This document shows, piece after piece, positions 27,958-46,090 of a stretch of DNA of 64,000 nucleotides. The stretch is from NCBI RefSeq assembly GCF_009914755.1, contig NC_060927.1. One strand, given 5' to 3'. Positions within the stretch are counted from its first letter, which is position 1, and each line of letters opens with the position of its first letter. A program made the position numbers and the translations under genes. The DNA comes from the human T2T-CHM13v2.0 reference genome, Homo sapiens. Under the pieces are notes generated by a model that had not been told where the DNA came from, did no database searches, and worked only from the letters and a program-made list of their open reading frames with translations.

Positions 27958-28264
27958 ATATGATGTAGTGATAAGAGACAAGAAACAGGAGAAAAATTGT
28001 CAAGTATATTACAATTAGAGTTACATTTAAAATTTTTTCAGGTAAGAAAATTGAAGGTAGTATAAAACTACAGATTGGATGTTTGCCCCTCCAAACCCAT
28101 CTTGAAATTTGGTCCCCAGTGTTGGAGGTGAGGCCTAGTGGGAGGTGTTTGGGTCATGGGGGCAGATCCCTCATGAAGAGCTTGGCACCATCCTCATGGG
28201 AATAAGTGGGTTTTCACTCTATTAGTTCCCACAAGAGCTGGTTGTTAAAAAAGAGCCTGGTACC

Positions 28265-29138
<874 letters not shown>

Positions 29139-29354
29139 TCACTCTTGCTTCCTTTCTTGCCATGTAATTTCTGCACATACTGGTACCCCTTCACCATCTG
29201 CCATAAGTGGAAGCAACCTGAGGCTTTCACCAGATGCCCAGCCTTCTAGCCAGCAGAATCATGAATCAAATAAACCTTTTTTCTTTATAAATTACCCAGT
29301 CTCAGGTATTCTTTTATGGCAACACAAAGAGACTAAGACATATACCAATAGTTT

Positions 29355-31012
<1,658 letters not shown>

Positions 31013-31171
31013 CTGAATTCTACCAATCTTATAAAGAAGAACTAACACGAATTCTTCTCAAACTATTCCAAAAAAAATGAAGAGGAGGGAATTCTTCCTA
31101 ATTCATTCTGTGAGGCCAGAATTACCCTGATATCAAAAACTAGGCAAGAACACAACAAAAAAAGAAAACTA

Positions 31172-31579
<408 letters not shown>

Positions 31580-31633
31580 TCAAGTGGAACTTATTAAGAT
31601 GGATCAGCATATGCAAATCAATAAATGTGATAC

Positions 31634-32633
31634 CAGCAAAAAAAACTGTCAACAGAATAAACAGACAATCTACGGAATGGGAGAAAATTTTTGCAATCTA
31701 TGCATCCAACAAAGGTCTAATATTCAGCATCTATAAGGAGCTTAAACAAATTTACAAGAAAAAAAACAAACATTCCCATTAAAAAGTGGGCAAAGGACAT
31801 GAACAGACACTTCTCAAAAGAAGACATACATGTGGCCAACAAACATATCAAAAAAATCTCAACATCACTGATCATTAGAGAAATGCAAATCAAAACCATG
31901 ATGAAATACCACCTCATACCAATCAGAATGGCTATTAAAAAGTCAAAAAACAACTGATGCTGGCAAGGTAGTGGAGAAAAGGGAATGCTCTGATACTGTT
32001 GGTGGGAGTGTAAACTAGTGGAAGATAATGTGGCTATTCCTAAAACACGTAGAGGTAAAAATACCATTTGACCCAGCAATCCTATTACTGGGTATATACC
32101 CAAAGGAATATAAATCACTCTACTCTAAAAACACATGCACGCGTATGTTCATTGCAGCACTATTCACAATAGCAAAGACAGGGAGTCAACCTAAATGCCC
32201 ATCAATGATAGATTGGATAAAGAAAATGTGGTACATATACACCGTGGAACACTATGCAGCCATAAAAAGGAATAAGATCATGTTCTTTGCAGAGACATGG
32301 ATGGAGCTGGAGGCCATTATCTTTAGCAAACTAATGCAGGAATAGAAAACCAAATACCACATGTTCTCACTTATAAGTGGGAACTAAATGATGAGAACAC
32401 ATGGACACATGGTGGGGAACAACACATACTGAATCCTGTCAGAGGGCAGGGGGTGGGAGAGGGAGGAGGATCAGGAAGAATAAGCTAGTGGATGCTGGGC
32501 TTAATGCCTGGGGAATGGGATGATGTGTGCAGCAAACTACCATGGCACACATTTACCTATGTAACAGACCTGCGCATCCTGCACATGTATCTCTGAACTT
32601 AAAATAAAAGTTGAAGAAAGAAAGGAAAAATAA
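31634..32633 (+). mobile_element. 5'-truncated older L1PA 3' end inserted in L1 ORF2
   Basis: ORF2 C-terminus ([16 protein letters not shown]...) plus 3' UTR; TSD ATAAATGTGATAC. Confidence 0.88.
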
Positions 32634-32678
32634 ATAAATGTGATACATCACATCAACATCAGCAGAATGAAGGACATA

Positions 32679-33110
32679 TGCCATAGTTTGGATATGGTTT
32701 ATTTGTTCCCACCAAATTTCATTTTGAAATTTGATTTTCAGTGTTGGAGGTGGGGCCTAATGGGAGATGTTTGGGTCATGGGGCAGATCCCTCATGAATA
32801 TACTAATGCTCTTCCTTTCGGATCAGTGAGTTCTCACTCTATTAGTGCCTGTGAGTGCTGCTTGTTAAAAAGAGCCTGGCACCTCCCCACCTCTCTGTTG
32901 CTTCCTCTCTCTCTATGTGATCTCTGCACAAGTTGGCTTCCCTTTGCTTTCCACCGTGAGTGGAAGCAGCCTAATGCCCTCACCAGATGAAGATGCCCAG
33001 TCTTGAACTTTTTGAGGCATCAGAATCAGGAGCCAGGGAAACCTTTTTTTAAAAAATAAATTACCCAGCCTCGGGTATTCCTTTTTAAGAACACAAAATG
33101 GACTAAGACA
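32679..33110 (+). mobile_element. MST (MaLR) solo LTR
   Basis: TGCCATAGTTTGGAT...GACTAAGACA; TSD ACATA/CCATA. Confidence 0.85.
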
Positions 33111-33761
33111 CCATATGATCACCTCAATAGATGCAGAAAAATTATTGATAAAATTCAACATCCCTTCATGATCAAAAACTTTCAACAAATTAGTCATAGA
33201 AGGATCATACCTCAACATAATAAAGACCACATGAGAGAAACTCACAGCTATCATCACACTGAATGGGGAAAGGTGAAAGCCTTTCCTCTAAGAACTAGAA
33301 CAATATGGTCACTTTCACCAGTCTCATTCAACATAGCATGGGAAGTCCTAGCCTGAGCAATCAAGCAAAAGAAGGAAATAAACAGCATCCAAATTGGAAA
33401 AGAGGAAGTCAGATTTTTCCTCTTTGCAGATAACATGCTCTTATATATAGAAAATCCTAAAGACTTCACTAAAAAACTCACAGAACTGATTAACAAATTC
33501 AGGGAAGTTGCAGGATACGAAAATCAACATACATGAGACAAGAACTTAGGTGGTTAAAAAAGTTTAAAAATCAGTGCACAAAAATCAGTAGTTTACACAA
33601 AATATATACCAACAACAAACTAGCTGAAAAATAATCAAGAAAACAATCCCATTTACAATTGCTACCAAAAAAAAAAAAATCCCAACTAGGAATAAATGTA
33701 ACCAAGGAGGTAAAAGACTTATACAAGAAAGCTACAAAACACTTATAAAAGAAATTAAAGA

Positions 33762-34048
<287 letters not shown>

Positions 34049-35207
34049 AAGAAAAAAGAAGAAGAAAATTGAAGAGAACACAAACAAATGGACAGCTATC
34101 ACATGCTCATGGATCGGAAGAATTAATATTGTTAAAAATGGCCATATTACCCAAAGCAATCTAGAGAGTCAATGCCATCCCTATCAAAATACCAATGATG
34201 TTCTTCACAGAAATAGACGAAGCAATCCTAAAATTCATACGGAACCACAAAAGACCCTGAATAGCCAAAGCAATACTGAACAAAAAGAACAAAGCTGGAG
34301 GCATCACAAAACCTGACTCCAAAATACACTACAAAGGCATAGTAACCAAAACAACATGGTATTGGTATAAAAACAGACACACAGACCAATGGATAGAATA
34401 GAACCAGAAATAAATTCATTTCTCAAATTTTCATAATATTGTTACATTGTTTTTTAAATGTTACACCTTAAAATTTGTGTCATATTCGTTCTTTCAGAGG
34501 TACCTCTTTTTTACTTCCCTGAGCAGCAGAGGCAGTACATTCTGGTTAGGGAGTTGACCTTCTTAGAAAAGACCTTTTAGACATCAGTGTATGAGAGTAT
34601 GTTCTCTGCGTTAAACAAAATAAAAGTTGCTCTAATTGACAATATGAACATCCAAGAGTCATTCAGAATTACAAACCTCTGGTAAAGGTAAACTAGGTAC
34701 TTAATAGATACTATGAGCACCATGCTTTGTAAATGATTTGTCTTGCCTAATCATAGCCTTCCAAATTTCTCTACACAATCCCATTCTTTCAAAGGGGTTA
34801 CAAGTTTGGCCTCTAAAGTGAGACAATGCTAGTTGAGTCTTAGTATTTCCATTTATTAGCTGTATGCCTTGGGTAAGTTATTTAAAGTCTCTAAGTTTCT
34901 CCTATGTATATAATAGGAATAATTACAGAACCTAACAGGGGTTAAATGAGATAAGGTACATAAAGTCTGAGCATAATGCATCACAAATACTAAGCCCTGA
35001 ACAAATGATAGTTGCTAATATATATTAGCTTCTTTCTTTTCATTTATTGTCTAACCATGTAAAAAAGACTGCCAGTTGATACCTGGGGGAAATTTTTTTT
35101 TAAAAAAAGATAGAAAAGAAAAAGAAAAAAAATACAATAGTATTCCTGTCCACAAGAATTCACAGTCTACTTGGAGAGATTGACACATACGCCGTATTTT
35201 AGTCGGG

Positions 35208-35720
35208 CAGCAATTCTCAAACTTTTTGGTTTCAGGACCGATAAAAAAAAAAAATGAGGACCCCAAACCAAAGGGCTTTTGTTTATGTGAGTTATATCGT
35301 CTATATTTACCATATTAGAAACTAAAACAAAAAATTTGTTAAGTATTTATTAATTTATTTTAAAAATAATAAACCTATCATACAGTAACATAAAGAACAT
35401 TTTCTTTCATGAAAAAAGAACTACAGTTTCCAAACCTTCACAATTTTTTGTGAGGAGAGTGGTATTGTGAAAAGAGGTCTTTGCAAATGTCTTTAATGTC
35501 CGACTTAATAGATGATAACTGGATTCTCATATCTGCTTCTGCTTTCAATCTGTTGTGATATCAAATGGTATATAGTGGCCACGGGGGATCTCCACTGTCT
35601 ACTTGTGAGAGAATGTGATAAACAGGAAAATAATATCTTATTATTATGTAAATAATTCACAGACCCCCTGAAAGATCTCAGAGGTCCCCAGGAGTTCCCA
35701 GAGCATACTATAAGCACCAT
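35208..35720. mobile_element. hAT-Charlie-type DNA transposon
   Basis: CAGCAATTCTCAAACTTTTTGGTTTCAGGACC start and GTCCCCAGGAGTTCCCAGAGCATACT end. Confidence 0.6.
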
Positions 35721-36016
35721 TGCGTAGGGTGTGAGTAATAGCTAATATCTCTATTGGATTTAGTGTGTGCCAGACACTGTTCACAGTGCTTTACATATTT
35801 AATTCTCACAGCAGCTCTGTGTGGTGGGTGCTATTGTTATTATCTCTAATTTCCAGTTGAAACCAAAGCACAAAGAGAGTAAATTCATCAAGGTGGAGTC
35901 AGCATTCAGTTTCAGACTGTCTGGCTTCAGGGTCCAAACTCTTTTCTGTGCCACTGCGCAGCCTCCCTCCTTGGCAAGTGAGCACAGTTTCATAGAGAAA
36001 ATAACATTTTTCTTAA

Positions 36017-36463
<447 letters not shown>

Positions 36464-36584
36464 GATATTTTCCTTTCTTATACCTGCATCAACAGCACCA
36501 TCCTACACATCCCGGTCTGTCCAAGGTTCATACCAATAGCTGCCAGTTACTGCAATTTCAATACTGAAGGCAGGATTTTGCCCT

Positions 36585-36975
36585 TTCTTTTTTTGTTATG
36601 ATAAAATACCCATAGCATAACATTTACAGTTTTAGCCATTTGAAGTGTCCAGTTCAACGGCATTAAGTACATTGATGTTGTTGTGCAACCATCACCACTG
36701 CCATCCATCCACAGAACTCTTTTCATTTTGTAAAACTGATACTCCGTACCCATTAACCAGTAACTCCCCATTCCCCCTCCCCACACACCCTGGCAACCAC
36801 CATCCTATTTTCTGTCTCTATGAATTTGAGTACTGTAAGTACCACATATAAATGAAATCATACAATATTTGTCTTTTTGCAACTGGCTTATTTCACTTAG
36901 CATAATGTCTTCAAGACTTATCCATATTGTAGCATGTGCTGTCACTTCATTTCTTTTTAAGGCTAAATAATACAT
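36585..36975 (-). mobile_element. L1MB 3' UTR fragment
   Basis: GGCATTAAGTACATT...TGTGCAACCATCACCAC; TTTCACTTAGCATAATG. Confidence 0.8.
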
Positions 36976-37769
36976 CTCAAGGATTTTGTCTGTTAAGGAT
37001 AAACCGTAAACACAGGACCTAAATAAATATCAGTTAATTTCAAAAACAAATATAAAATAGTATAAAGAAAGGAACACAGAAAGGACCTCTAATGTACTGT
37101 TTCTGTGCCTTATTACAAAGTTACTGTTTTCTACATTTATTCTAAAACTCATGATATTACTTGGTTGAACATAGGAAATCAACAGATTTTTTTTAATGGT
37201 TGAGCAACAGCTGGAATCCATCATATCTACTGTAGCCATTTCATGTAATTCTGACCTTCTTTTCCTTTTCTCCTGCTTTTTTCTGTTCCCAATCCCTTTT
37301 CCCTATCATAAAGTAAAACAAAACTCTGTTTCATCTCTCCTAGGATGGCCATTCTATGGAACTGTTCACAATTAAAAAGCAGATAGGTTAGATATCTGTA
37401 AAATAAAAACCTAAATAAACTGAAGTACATTCTATTTAAGTATAACCTGTGTTTTGGGGTGCGGGTGGGGGAGGTGAGCATGGGTAGGTGGGGTAGGTCA
37501 TAGTCCTTGAGAAGGATTTTTATAGTGAAGTTTCTATTATTATCCTGGGACCATATAGAGAATTCGACTTTCAGAATATGTTCTTGCATGACTTTTACAT
37601 GCTATGCTATGCCCTGGGGATGTAGTGGTAAACAATAGCAGGTTTGAACATGTTGGATATAAGATAAAATTTATGAAAGACATTATATATTGGATTATGG
37701 CCTAATGAGTTCAAGGATTTACCCCAGATTATACAGCTGCTTAAGTAAGGATTTCAGGATTCAAACCTG

Positions 37770-38300
37770 AACATGGCACCTGCCTGCACAGAGCTTAAAG
37801 ACTAGCAGAGGAGATCATTAAAGAGCAATTATAATACAGCGTGATATGTGCTATTAGGGGAGGAGGTAAAGGGCTGACGGAATACAGGCTCCACAGGAGG
37901 ACATAAGTGGAGCATCTAACCCAGACTAGAGAGAGGCTTGCTGAAGGAAGTGGTAACAGAGATGAGCCCTAAAGAACAGGCAAGAATTGAGAGAAGAGAG
38001 GCATGTGGAGTGTGTTGCATGCAAAGCAATTGCAAGTACTTTATTCTAGAGGTGACAGAGAAGGCAGTGAATTCAGAGAACTGAAATGAATCTGACTGAG
38101 AACTGCAGGTCAATGTCACACATGAGGCTGGAGAAGCAAAATCGGCCTAGAGGTCTGCACTTTGTTCTGGGAGCAGGAGATTTTATGAAGTTGAGTGGCA
38201 TGTTCAGAATTACATGCTGAAGAAATCACTCTGGTTATGGAGATCATGGAATAGGATAAAGAGACTACAGACAACGGTACAATTAGTGAGAATTAAAATA
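37770..38300 (-). mobile_element. L2 remnant
   Basis: Purine-rich reverse L2 motifs (AAATCACTCTGG, GAGGCTTGCTGAAGGAAGTGG). Confidence 0.5.
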
Positions 38301-38309
38301 ATCTAGGCT

Positions 38310-38650
<341 letters not shown>

Positions 38651-38867
38651 CTAGAAGGGGTTATTGGGGTGGGGAGAAGTATGCAAATGTAAGAGATATT
38701 CAGAATGTTAAAGGATGCTTTTTATAAGAGAAAAATAATAAGTCATACACACATAAAATGAGTCAAAGATTTTATTTAACTCATTAATTAATGAGGAAAC
38801 TAGTAAGATGTTATAAGAAAAATTCAAAGCATATACGCAATCAGGAATGCGGAAATGCTGCAATTAA

Positions 38868-39303
<436 letters not shown>

Positions 39304-40826
39304 GTAAATATCTTAAAAACAAGGAAAGGCTCACAAAAAACTGGGAGTCATGCCCTGGGCAAGAGTACTCAATCATCTTTTTTTAACCTATTTCCTTAGG
39401 CAGAATACCCAGTCATTTTTTCTGCCCATTTCAAAGTCTTTCAATCTTCCCTGACAAGAAGATATCAGCAAGATTTTGGTGATTAATTGGATGTGATGAC
39501 GGTTAGGAAGGAGGAATGAAAGAGAAAAGTCAAGTGTGGCCACTTATTCAAGGAGGTTGAGGGGGCATTTAGCCAAGATGTGGATGTTGGAACAGGAGGG
39601 TACAAGGGGAAAGTTTTGGAGGCAAGGGAGAATGAGAGGTGGGGTCAGGGAAGAGGATGCCTGAAGAAATATAGGGTTGAGACTAAAAACCAGAGGGACT
39701 TACATCTTTGGAAGTAACAAAGGAGAACAGGAATGTGATGCAAGGTGGGATTAGCTGGCTATAGGTTTGAAAAATTATTCCCAGTAGTCCTCTGATTCAC
39801 AGGTGTCAGTGACTTCTCATTTAGAATTTTTGTTTTATCCTGTGTCCCTCTGGGTACAAGTCCCTGAGTACCTGCTTGCTTGGAGTAGAAACGTAAAAGA
39901 ATGATGTTGATTAAGAAGGTAATTTTGACTTAACTAAGTCGATTTAATGAAAATAAACTCTAAGTATAGAGAAACATGTCTCAAGCATCTTTCTATGCCT
40001 GGGATGTTTAGCATAACATCCAGCAATTATATTTAGTACATATATAGAATGAAAGACGCATATGTTGGATTATGGCCTAAAGAGTTCAAGGGCTTACCCC
40101 AGATCATATAGCTACATAACTATTCCAGGGTATACTACGTAAGTATACCAGTTCTTATTACTCTAATGCTCAATCACTAGGATGGGGGAGTTAAATTCCA
40201 ACATCTCATGGAATTTTCAGCCTTCCATTTATTAGGAAAGGTTTTTAAAGTATTTCTTTATTTCTTAATTTATCATGTTTCCAGTAACTAAATATAACTG
40301 CAAAATTTGGATATATTTCCGCTCTAAGGAGAGGAAACTTTCTAGAAAGACCTAATTTGAAATCAGATGGACTGAACAAGCAATCTACTGACTGTGTAAC
40401 ATTAGAGAAGTTATTTAGCCTCTCTGTACCTCATTATCTCATCTATAAAATGATGATGATACTGACATAAAGACTAAATGAGATAAACTATAGAAAAATG
40501 TAAGCATAATAGATGACTTCATGGAAGTTGATATTTTTAATTCTAAGGTATAAAGTTTTTGCATGCCAACTTTATATCAAAATATGTCTTTTTTTGAACG
40601 TGGGATATATTTAGTACTGATCTCCTTTGCTTAATTCTTGATAAATCTAAATGTAGTTTTTTCAATATAATTTCTGCAGAAAGATTCTTGTTTCTTGATA
40701 TAGGTATCATGAGTTTCAAATACTTTGCTTTTCTCTCTTTCTTCCCAGTCTATTGACTTTTCTTTTTTCTTTCCACTATACCAAACTACCATTGCATGCT
40801 TCCAGAATGACATCGCTGTATTATAA

Positions 40827-41534
<708 letters not shown>

Positions 41535-41644
41535 CTAATTTAGCTTTTAAAAACACCATTACAATTTGAGATTATTACTGGTTTCCTTTTTTGGCCATTT
41601 TCTGAGTATATACAAATATACTGAAATCACAAATAGGTATATTC

Positions 41645-41950
41645 GGCCAGGTGCGGTGGCTCACGCCTGTAATCCCAGCACTTTGGGAGGCTGAGGCGGG
41701 TGGATCACTTGAGGTCAGAAGTTCAAGACCAGCTTGGCCAACATGGTGAAACCCCGTCTCCACTAAAAATACAAAAATTAGCCTGGCGTGGTGGTGCGCA
41801 TCTGTAGTCCCAGCTAGTCGGGAGGCTAAGCAGGAGAATTGCATGAACCCGGGAGGCGGGGGTTGCAGTGAGCCCAGATTGTGCCACTGCACTCTGGCCT
41901 GGGTGACAGAGGAAGACTGTGTCTCAAAAATAAATAAATAAATAATTAAA
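41645..41950 (+). mobile_element. AluS
   Basis: TSD AAATAGGTA(T/C)AT. Confidence 0.9.
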
Positions 41951-42639
41951 AATAGGTACATCCTTCCAGACCTCTTGGTGATAAAAGCATTTGAAGGAGT
42001 TGGAAGTGATAGAATAATGATTTGAGCTGTTTCCCATTGTTAAGGAAAGGGTAATACACCTCAATTTTCCTCAAAGAAAGATCAATTATACCTGCTCTGT
42101 CCACCCTACATGGCTATTATGAGGCTCAAATGAAATTAAAATGTATGAAATTACTTTGGAAATGCAACTCAATATACAAATGTAAGATAACAGTGATTAC
42201 TGTTATTTGCTGCTGTTTTGATACATTGTTCCTAAGGACATAGGCCGATGGAGCACACCTGCTGTAGGGAGCATCTAGTTGTCCCCAAACAAATGAGAGC
42301 TGACTGTGATCCTCTTCCCTCCTTCCCTTATTTTTTCTGACAGTCAGAAGGGTCGGTGTGGTGAAACCCTATGTGCTCAGTCTGGAGTGACTGAAGGCAT
42401 GCAGACCTTTTCATTGCTGGGTGTTGTGTTTGCAGTTATTTACACCACCCAGCAACCTAACCCAAGGTGAACAGTCCCTATTAGCAAAGCAGTGACTTGC
42501 TATACGTGTCATTGTTCTGTTAACATAACATCAAACATTTTCTATACCTAGAGGATGACATTTCATCCCCTGCTTTTCGTATTCATTCTTGTTTGTTTTT
42601 TTTTTCATGGTTTCCAGAACCAATTCATAAGATAAGAGA

Positions 42640-42970
42640 ATCTTACAATTGAAAGACATAGGAGAGGTCATTCGGTTCAATCCTCTTTCCCAAAGCAAAA
42701 ATCTTTTGTGCAATTTATCTGATAGATGTGCCCCACATTGAGCATTTCCAGTGATGGAGAGCTAATCAATTGTGAGATATCCTATTCCATTATTGGATTG
42801 TTCTAATTTCTTATATTCACAGAATGTTTTTTCTAATTGCTTATAGGACCTTAGAGATCATTCTAGTCCAATTCCTTCAGTTTGCAGATGAGGAAATTGA
42901 GGCCTGGAGAGGTTAAGTGACTTGCCCAAGGCCAAACAAATAATTTATGGCCCAGCTGGGACTCCTGGTT
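42640..42970 (-). mobile_element. MIR remnants
   Basis: GCAGATGAGGAAATTGAGGCCTGGAGAGGTTAAGTGACTTGCCCAAGG core. Confidence 0.75.
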
Positions 42971-44880
42971 CATGGTAACTTCTTTCAAAATCATTAAACT
43001 ACAAAATTGTTGAATTCATAAATATTGAGTAGCATTAAATGCTATTATGCAGTATATAAATGCTTTAGTATGTAGCATATTTTAGCATAGCAAATACTTA
43101 TGTTGCTCTATAGATAAACTTATTTCTATTTCGATGGAGAAAATGTGACTATTTTATTAATTGTGTACAAAGATCTCCTTAAAGCTGTCTGAGAAACTCC
43201 CTCCTTTAAATAGGACTGTTTTTTTCTTTCCTTTCCTTTTTACAGGGGGGAGAAAGAAGTAATCAGTCTGACCCTTATAATATATCTAGGATGTCTTATT
43301 GTTAGAAGAGACACAAAAACACATTTCTCTGCCTGCCATGAGGGTTGTGGGGTGGACCGGAGCCAGGGGCTTTTTTATATTCCTGTCAGGCGTTGGTTCC
43401 CGGCCTGTCAGTGGCCGTGTGGATGAGACTGGAGCGGAGCCTGCCCATATGCCAGTAAGACTTTGAAAGGTCGCCTGGTCTGCCCTGCCTCCTGGAAGGG
43501 CTGCACATAAAGGGAACTGGCAACCTTTCTGTCTTGTGAAATTACTTGCTGGAAGCTTTAGGGTCACCCCTGGCCCTGTGGAGTGGGGAGAGCTGGTGGC
43601 AAGAAGGGGACAGTACACTGATGGGCTATGATGAGAGAAGCCTACAGACTCTGGGAGGGTTTTGAGGTATTGGACAGACTTGTGGGGGTGAGGAGAGGAA
43701 CATTCGAAAGAGTGTGACCTGAAGAACTGACAAGCAATGCTGTCTGTTCTGAGAAATAACCGAGAGCCTAAGAAAGGGAACCTGATACTGTCTTTGCATC
43801 TGTGAGCCAGTAGCCCTAATGCCTTTTTAGTTATAGATGTGAAAATATTCATTTAGGGTTTATCAGATGCACCAGAAAGAAAGACAGTCCTCCACAAAAA
43901 AAAATTTCAAACTTTTGATCTCCTATCCTGTGAAGGCAGATGAGCAGCCTCTTATTCCCCAAAAGCAGAAAGAGTAATCTCTCTATTCCTATTGAATCTC
44001 ACTATACTTAGTGCCTCTATAGCACAGTCTCCCTTCATTAGAACTAATTGCGTTTGTGGCTATCTCCCCTACAAGATATTACCATATCCCCTACTAGGTT
44101 AGACTTGAGTTCTGAAGAGCAGGGACTATTTCTTTCTTTTTAAAAAATTATGAAGTATGTCAGGCATACCAAAAGATAAGGAAGATGTTATCTTTACACC
44201 ATTACAGCCCCATATGGCTTCTGAGAAACATGGTGCCTAGCATGTAGCAGGCACACAGGAAAGATTTGCTGAATTGTGGTACCTACTTCCTTCTTATACG
44301 TATGCACTCATTTCTTCTATTCCTTGCAGATTATGTTGAATCAGACTCATTTTCTCTAGATGCTAAGTGGTCAGAGTCAATACAAATATACTCTGATATC
44401 CATGGAAATAATAGCTGGTCTGAAATGCCTTTGGAACAGTGGTGCCCACGTTAGACAGTCCTGTTGATTGTCATTACAGCTAAGAGGTAGCCAAGTGTCC
44501 TATTCAGAAGACTTAAAGGTTAAAGAAAGCAGTGAAACAATAAAGCTATATGTAGCTAATGGGAATATGGATTTGGGCTTTGATGCTAGTAGTTTTTTTT
44601 ATGTTCACCATCGCATCCTTTAGCCATCAGTGATTTATTGAGCAAACCAAAGTGTGACTCTTGGAAGACAGAGGGTTTCGAAGAAAGGAACACTGTTGGG
44701 TTGAGGAAAGGATAGGAGGAGATTATTCATGTGTATATTAGTGTTAGTGAGGGGAGGAAAAAGAAACAAAGGAAAGTGACAAAATTACCCTTGAGAAAAA
44801 AATGCTGATCACCAAGCTGAGGATAAAATGGGTCCATAAAATTTGTAACTCTCCTGACCTGAATATAAAAATGATATGAT

Positions 44881-45277
<397 letters not shown>

Positions 45278-45479
45278 TCATCTCTCTAACAATATTTGTA
45301 GTTCTTTGCCCCAGTTACAGTTTAGCTAGTTCCTTATTTCCCTCCCTGCCTGATGGCGTATAGGAAAGAATAAACCCTGGCTCGTTACCTCCTCCCTGCA
45401 GCTCCTCCGCCCTGCACCCCCTCTGCTGGAGGTCCTGCCTCAATTAGTGGTAGCATCGAATCCTCCACACCAGAAAACC

Positions 45480-46090
45480 CTCTGTCACCATCACATCCAG
45501 CCAGTCACTCTATCCTGTTAATTCTGTCTCCAAAGTGTTGCTCAGATTCTTTCCATTCTCCCTAGAGCTCTTTCCACACCCCATTCGCCCTCCCTCCATT
45601 TTCTACCCTGAAACAGAATCATCTTTCAAATCGAATCATGTCACCTCCCTTCACCTCTCCATAGTTCTCTGTCCACAGGAGAAAAGAAAAAAATCCTCGA
45701 ATCCACCTTTCCAGCCCTATTTTCGACATCTCTCATCACCTCTCACCAGCCCTGCTGATGTTTGTGCGTCTCCCCAAACAACCACGTGATTTCCTTCCCG
45801 CCTCCCTGCGTCTGCGCACCCTGCCCCTCTGGATGATATTCTCCATACCCCTTCCCTGGTCATCCTGGATGGGGATTTTTCCCTTCTTTGTACTTCAATA
45901 ATTTGTACCCATCTCCCTTAGAAAGCTTCTCACATTACATGGTAACTATTTATTCATCCATTTTTCCTCTAATAGACTCCTCTAGAGCAGGGGTCCACTG
46001 TTTTGTTCATCTTCGCATCATCGTTATTGCTTAACACAGATGATTAACATAGATGATTAACATAGCATTTGTTGAGTCAGTGAGCAGAAT
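45480..46090 (+). mobile_element. L2 remnant
   Basis: Pyrimidine-rich L2 motifs ending ATTTGTTGAGTCAGTGAG. Confidence 0.55.

Noticed and set aside
43286-43852. 188-codon ORF on the - strand, the longest in the track
   Set aside because: No recognisable domain; an ORF of this length can arise by chance in GC-richer DNA.
46031-46065. 13-bp tandem repeat (AGATGATTAACAT)
   Set aside because: Small slippage within an L2 tail; no sign of function.
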